Assembly (NCBI GenBank): GCA_026016245.1 | Contig: CP061211.1 | Coordinates: 420,001-452,000 of the forward strand | From: Candidatus Pacearchaeota archaeon | GTDB lineage: Archaea > Nanobdellota > Nanobdellia > Pacearchaeales > UBA284 | Length of the DNA: 32,000 nt | Reading direction: 5' to 3' | In this document: positions 31,712-32,000 of the stretch, in pieces | How positions within the stretch are numbered: the stretch's first letter is position 1 | How the letters are laid out: each line of letters opens with the position of its first letter | Made by a program: the position numbers and the translations under genes | The notes under the pieces: generated by a model | What the model was told of the DNA's origin: nothing | Databases searched by the model: none | Seen by the model: only the letters and a program-made list of their open reading frames with translations

Positions 31712-32000
31712 ACATAAAAGGATAAACTCTTCTAACCTCGCTGATAAAAGATTTTTTCATGAAAACTCCAAGCTCTGAAATTATTGCTGTAACAAGTGCT
31801 GGATCTATTTTTTCAAAAGCCATGTTAGAGATCTTAACACCTTTTGGAGGATTAGACCAAACTTCCTTAATACTTCTTTTTTCAATTTTTTCTTCTATTC
31901 CATAAATTGTTTCTGGATCAAATTTCCAAGAATCTGTTGCTACATAGAGAGGAACATCATACTTTTTCGCAATAATAGCAAAAAGTTCGCTTCCTATTTT
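31701..32000 (-). CDS. eIF-2B alpha/beta/delta-family protein (aIF-2B or ribose-1,5-bisphosphate isomerase-like), C-terminal 99 aa, runs off window
   Basis: Absent from the ORF track. My translation is KIGSELFAIIAKKYDVPLYVATDSWKFDPETIYGIEEKIEKRSIKEVWSNPPKGVKISNMAFEKIDPALVTAIISELGVF...FKK*. It matches nKiGT...A..A......P..V.a...Kf.......iE.R...Ev.........n.aFD.tP..li..iiTE.G. Confidence 0.7.
   Translation of the reverse strand, partial: KIGSELFAIIAKKYDVPLYVATDSWKFDPETIYGIEEKIEKRSIKEVWSNPPKGVKISNMAFEKIDPALVTAIISELGVFMKKSFISEVRRVYPFMFKK

Overview
AT-rich archaeal sequence. The gene content suggests a small-genome, DPANN-like archaeon: eS4, eL32, eL19, eL43, eL33, aSUI1, Rpp29, RpoP, SepF, both prefoldin subunits, Dph2 and a DUF106 insertase. 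The window has two parts. (1) About 12.9-32 kb is conserved informational core. It holds pfdB-rpoP, eL43, tRNA-Pro, uL11, eL33, a 606-aa nucleotidyltransferase and tRNA-Val. These are followed by the complete archaeal S10/spc/alpha-type ribosomal protein superoperon (uL3 through uL15), then SecY, the DUF106 insertase, prefoldin alpha and a convergent eIF-2B-family gene. (2) About 0-12.5 kb is a looser accessory region. It contains a cluster of genes for deaminated or alkylated base handling: an AlkD-like fragment, EndoQ, a UDG-superfamily protein and a HAM1/ITPase-like protein. It also contains a glycosyltransferase, an LMW-PTP-like gene coupled to a PEP-utilizer swivel-domain gene, a TrmB regulator, a stand-alone AlaRS-core paralog, a short Dph2 and SepF. 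The most notable observations follow. The EndoQ gene is interrupted by a 363-aa LAGLIDADG intein inserted in its conserved ETGLS/SD motif. All four tRNA genes lie 6-16 nt upstream of a co-oriented ORF start. A short dispersed direct repeat (GCTCGAGGGCTCGCTTAGG and variants) sits at gene boundaries and supplies the last codons and stop of two unrelated genes. A 14-nt copy of the tRNA-Ser 3' end lies 4.4 kb downstream of the intact tRNA, inside a tRNA-like remnant. Two genes are each broken by one missing A in an A-run. A nearly identical 61-nt Lys/Glu-coding module is shared by the tails of uL22 and eL32. I found no CRISPR array, transposase, integrase or recognisable defence system. All functional calls rest on motif recognition by eye, not on database searches.
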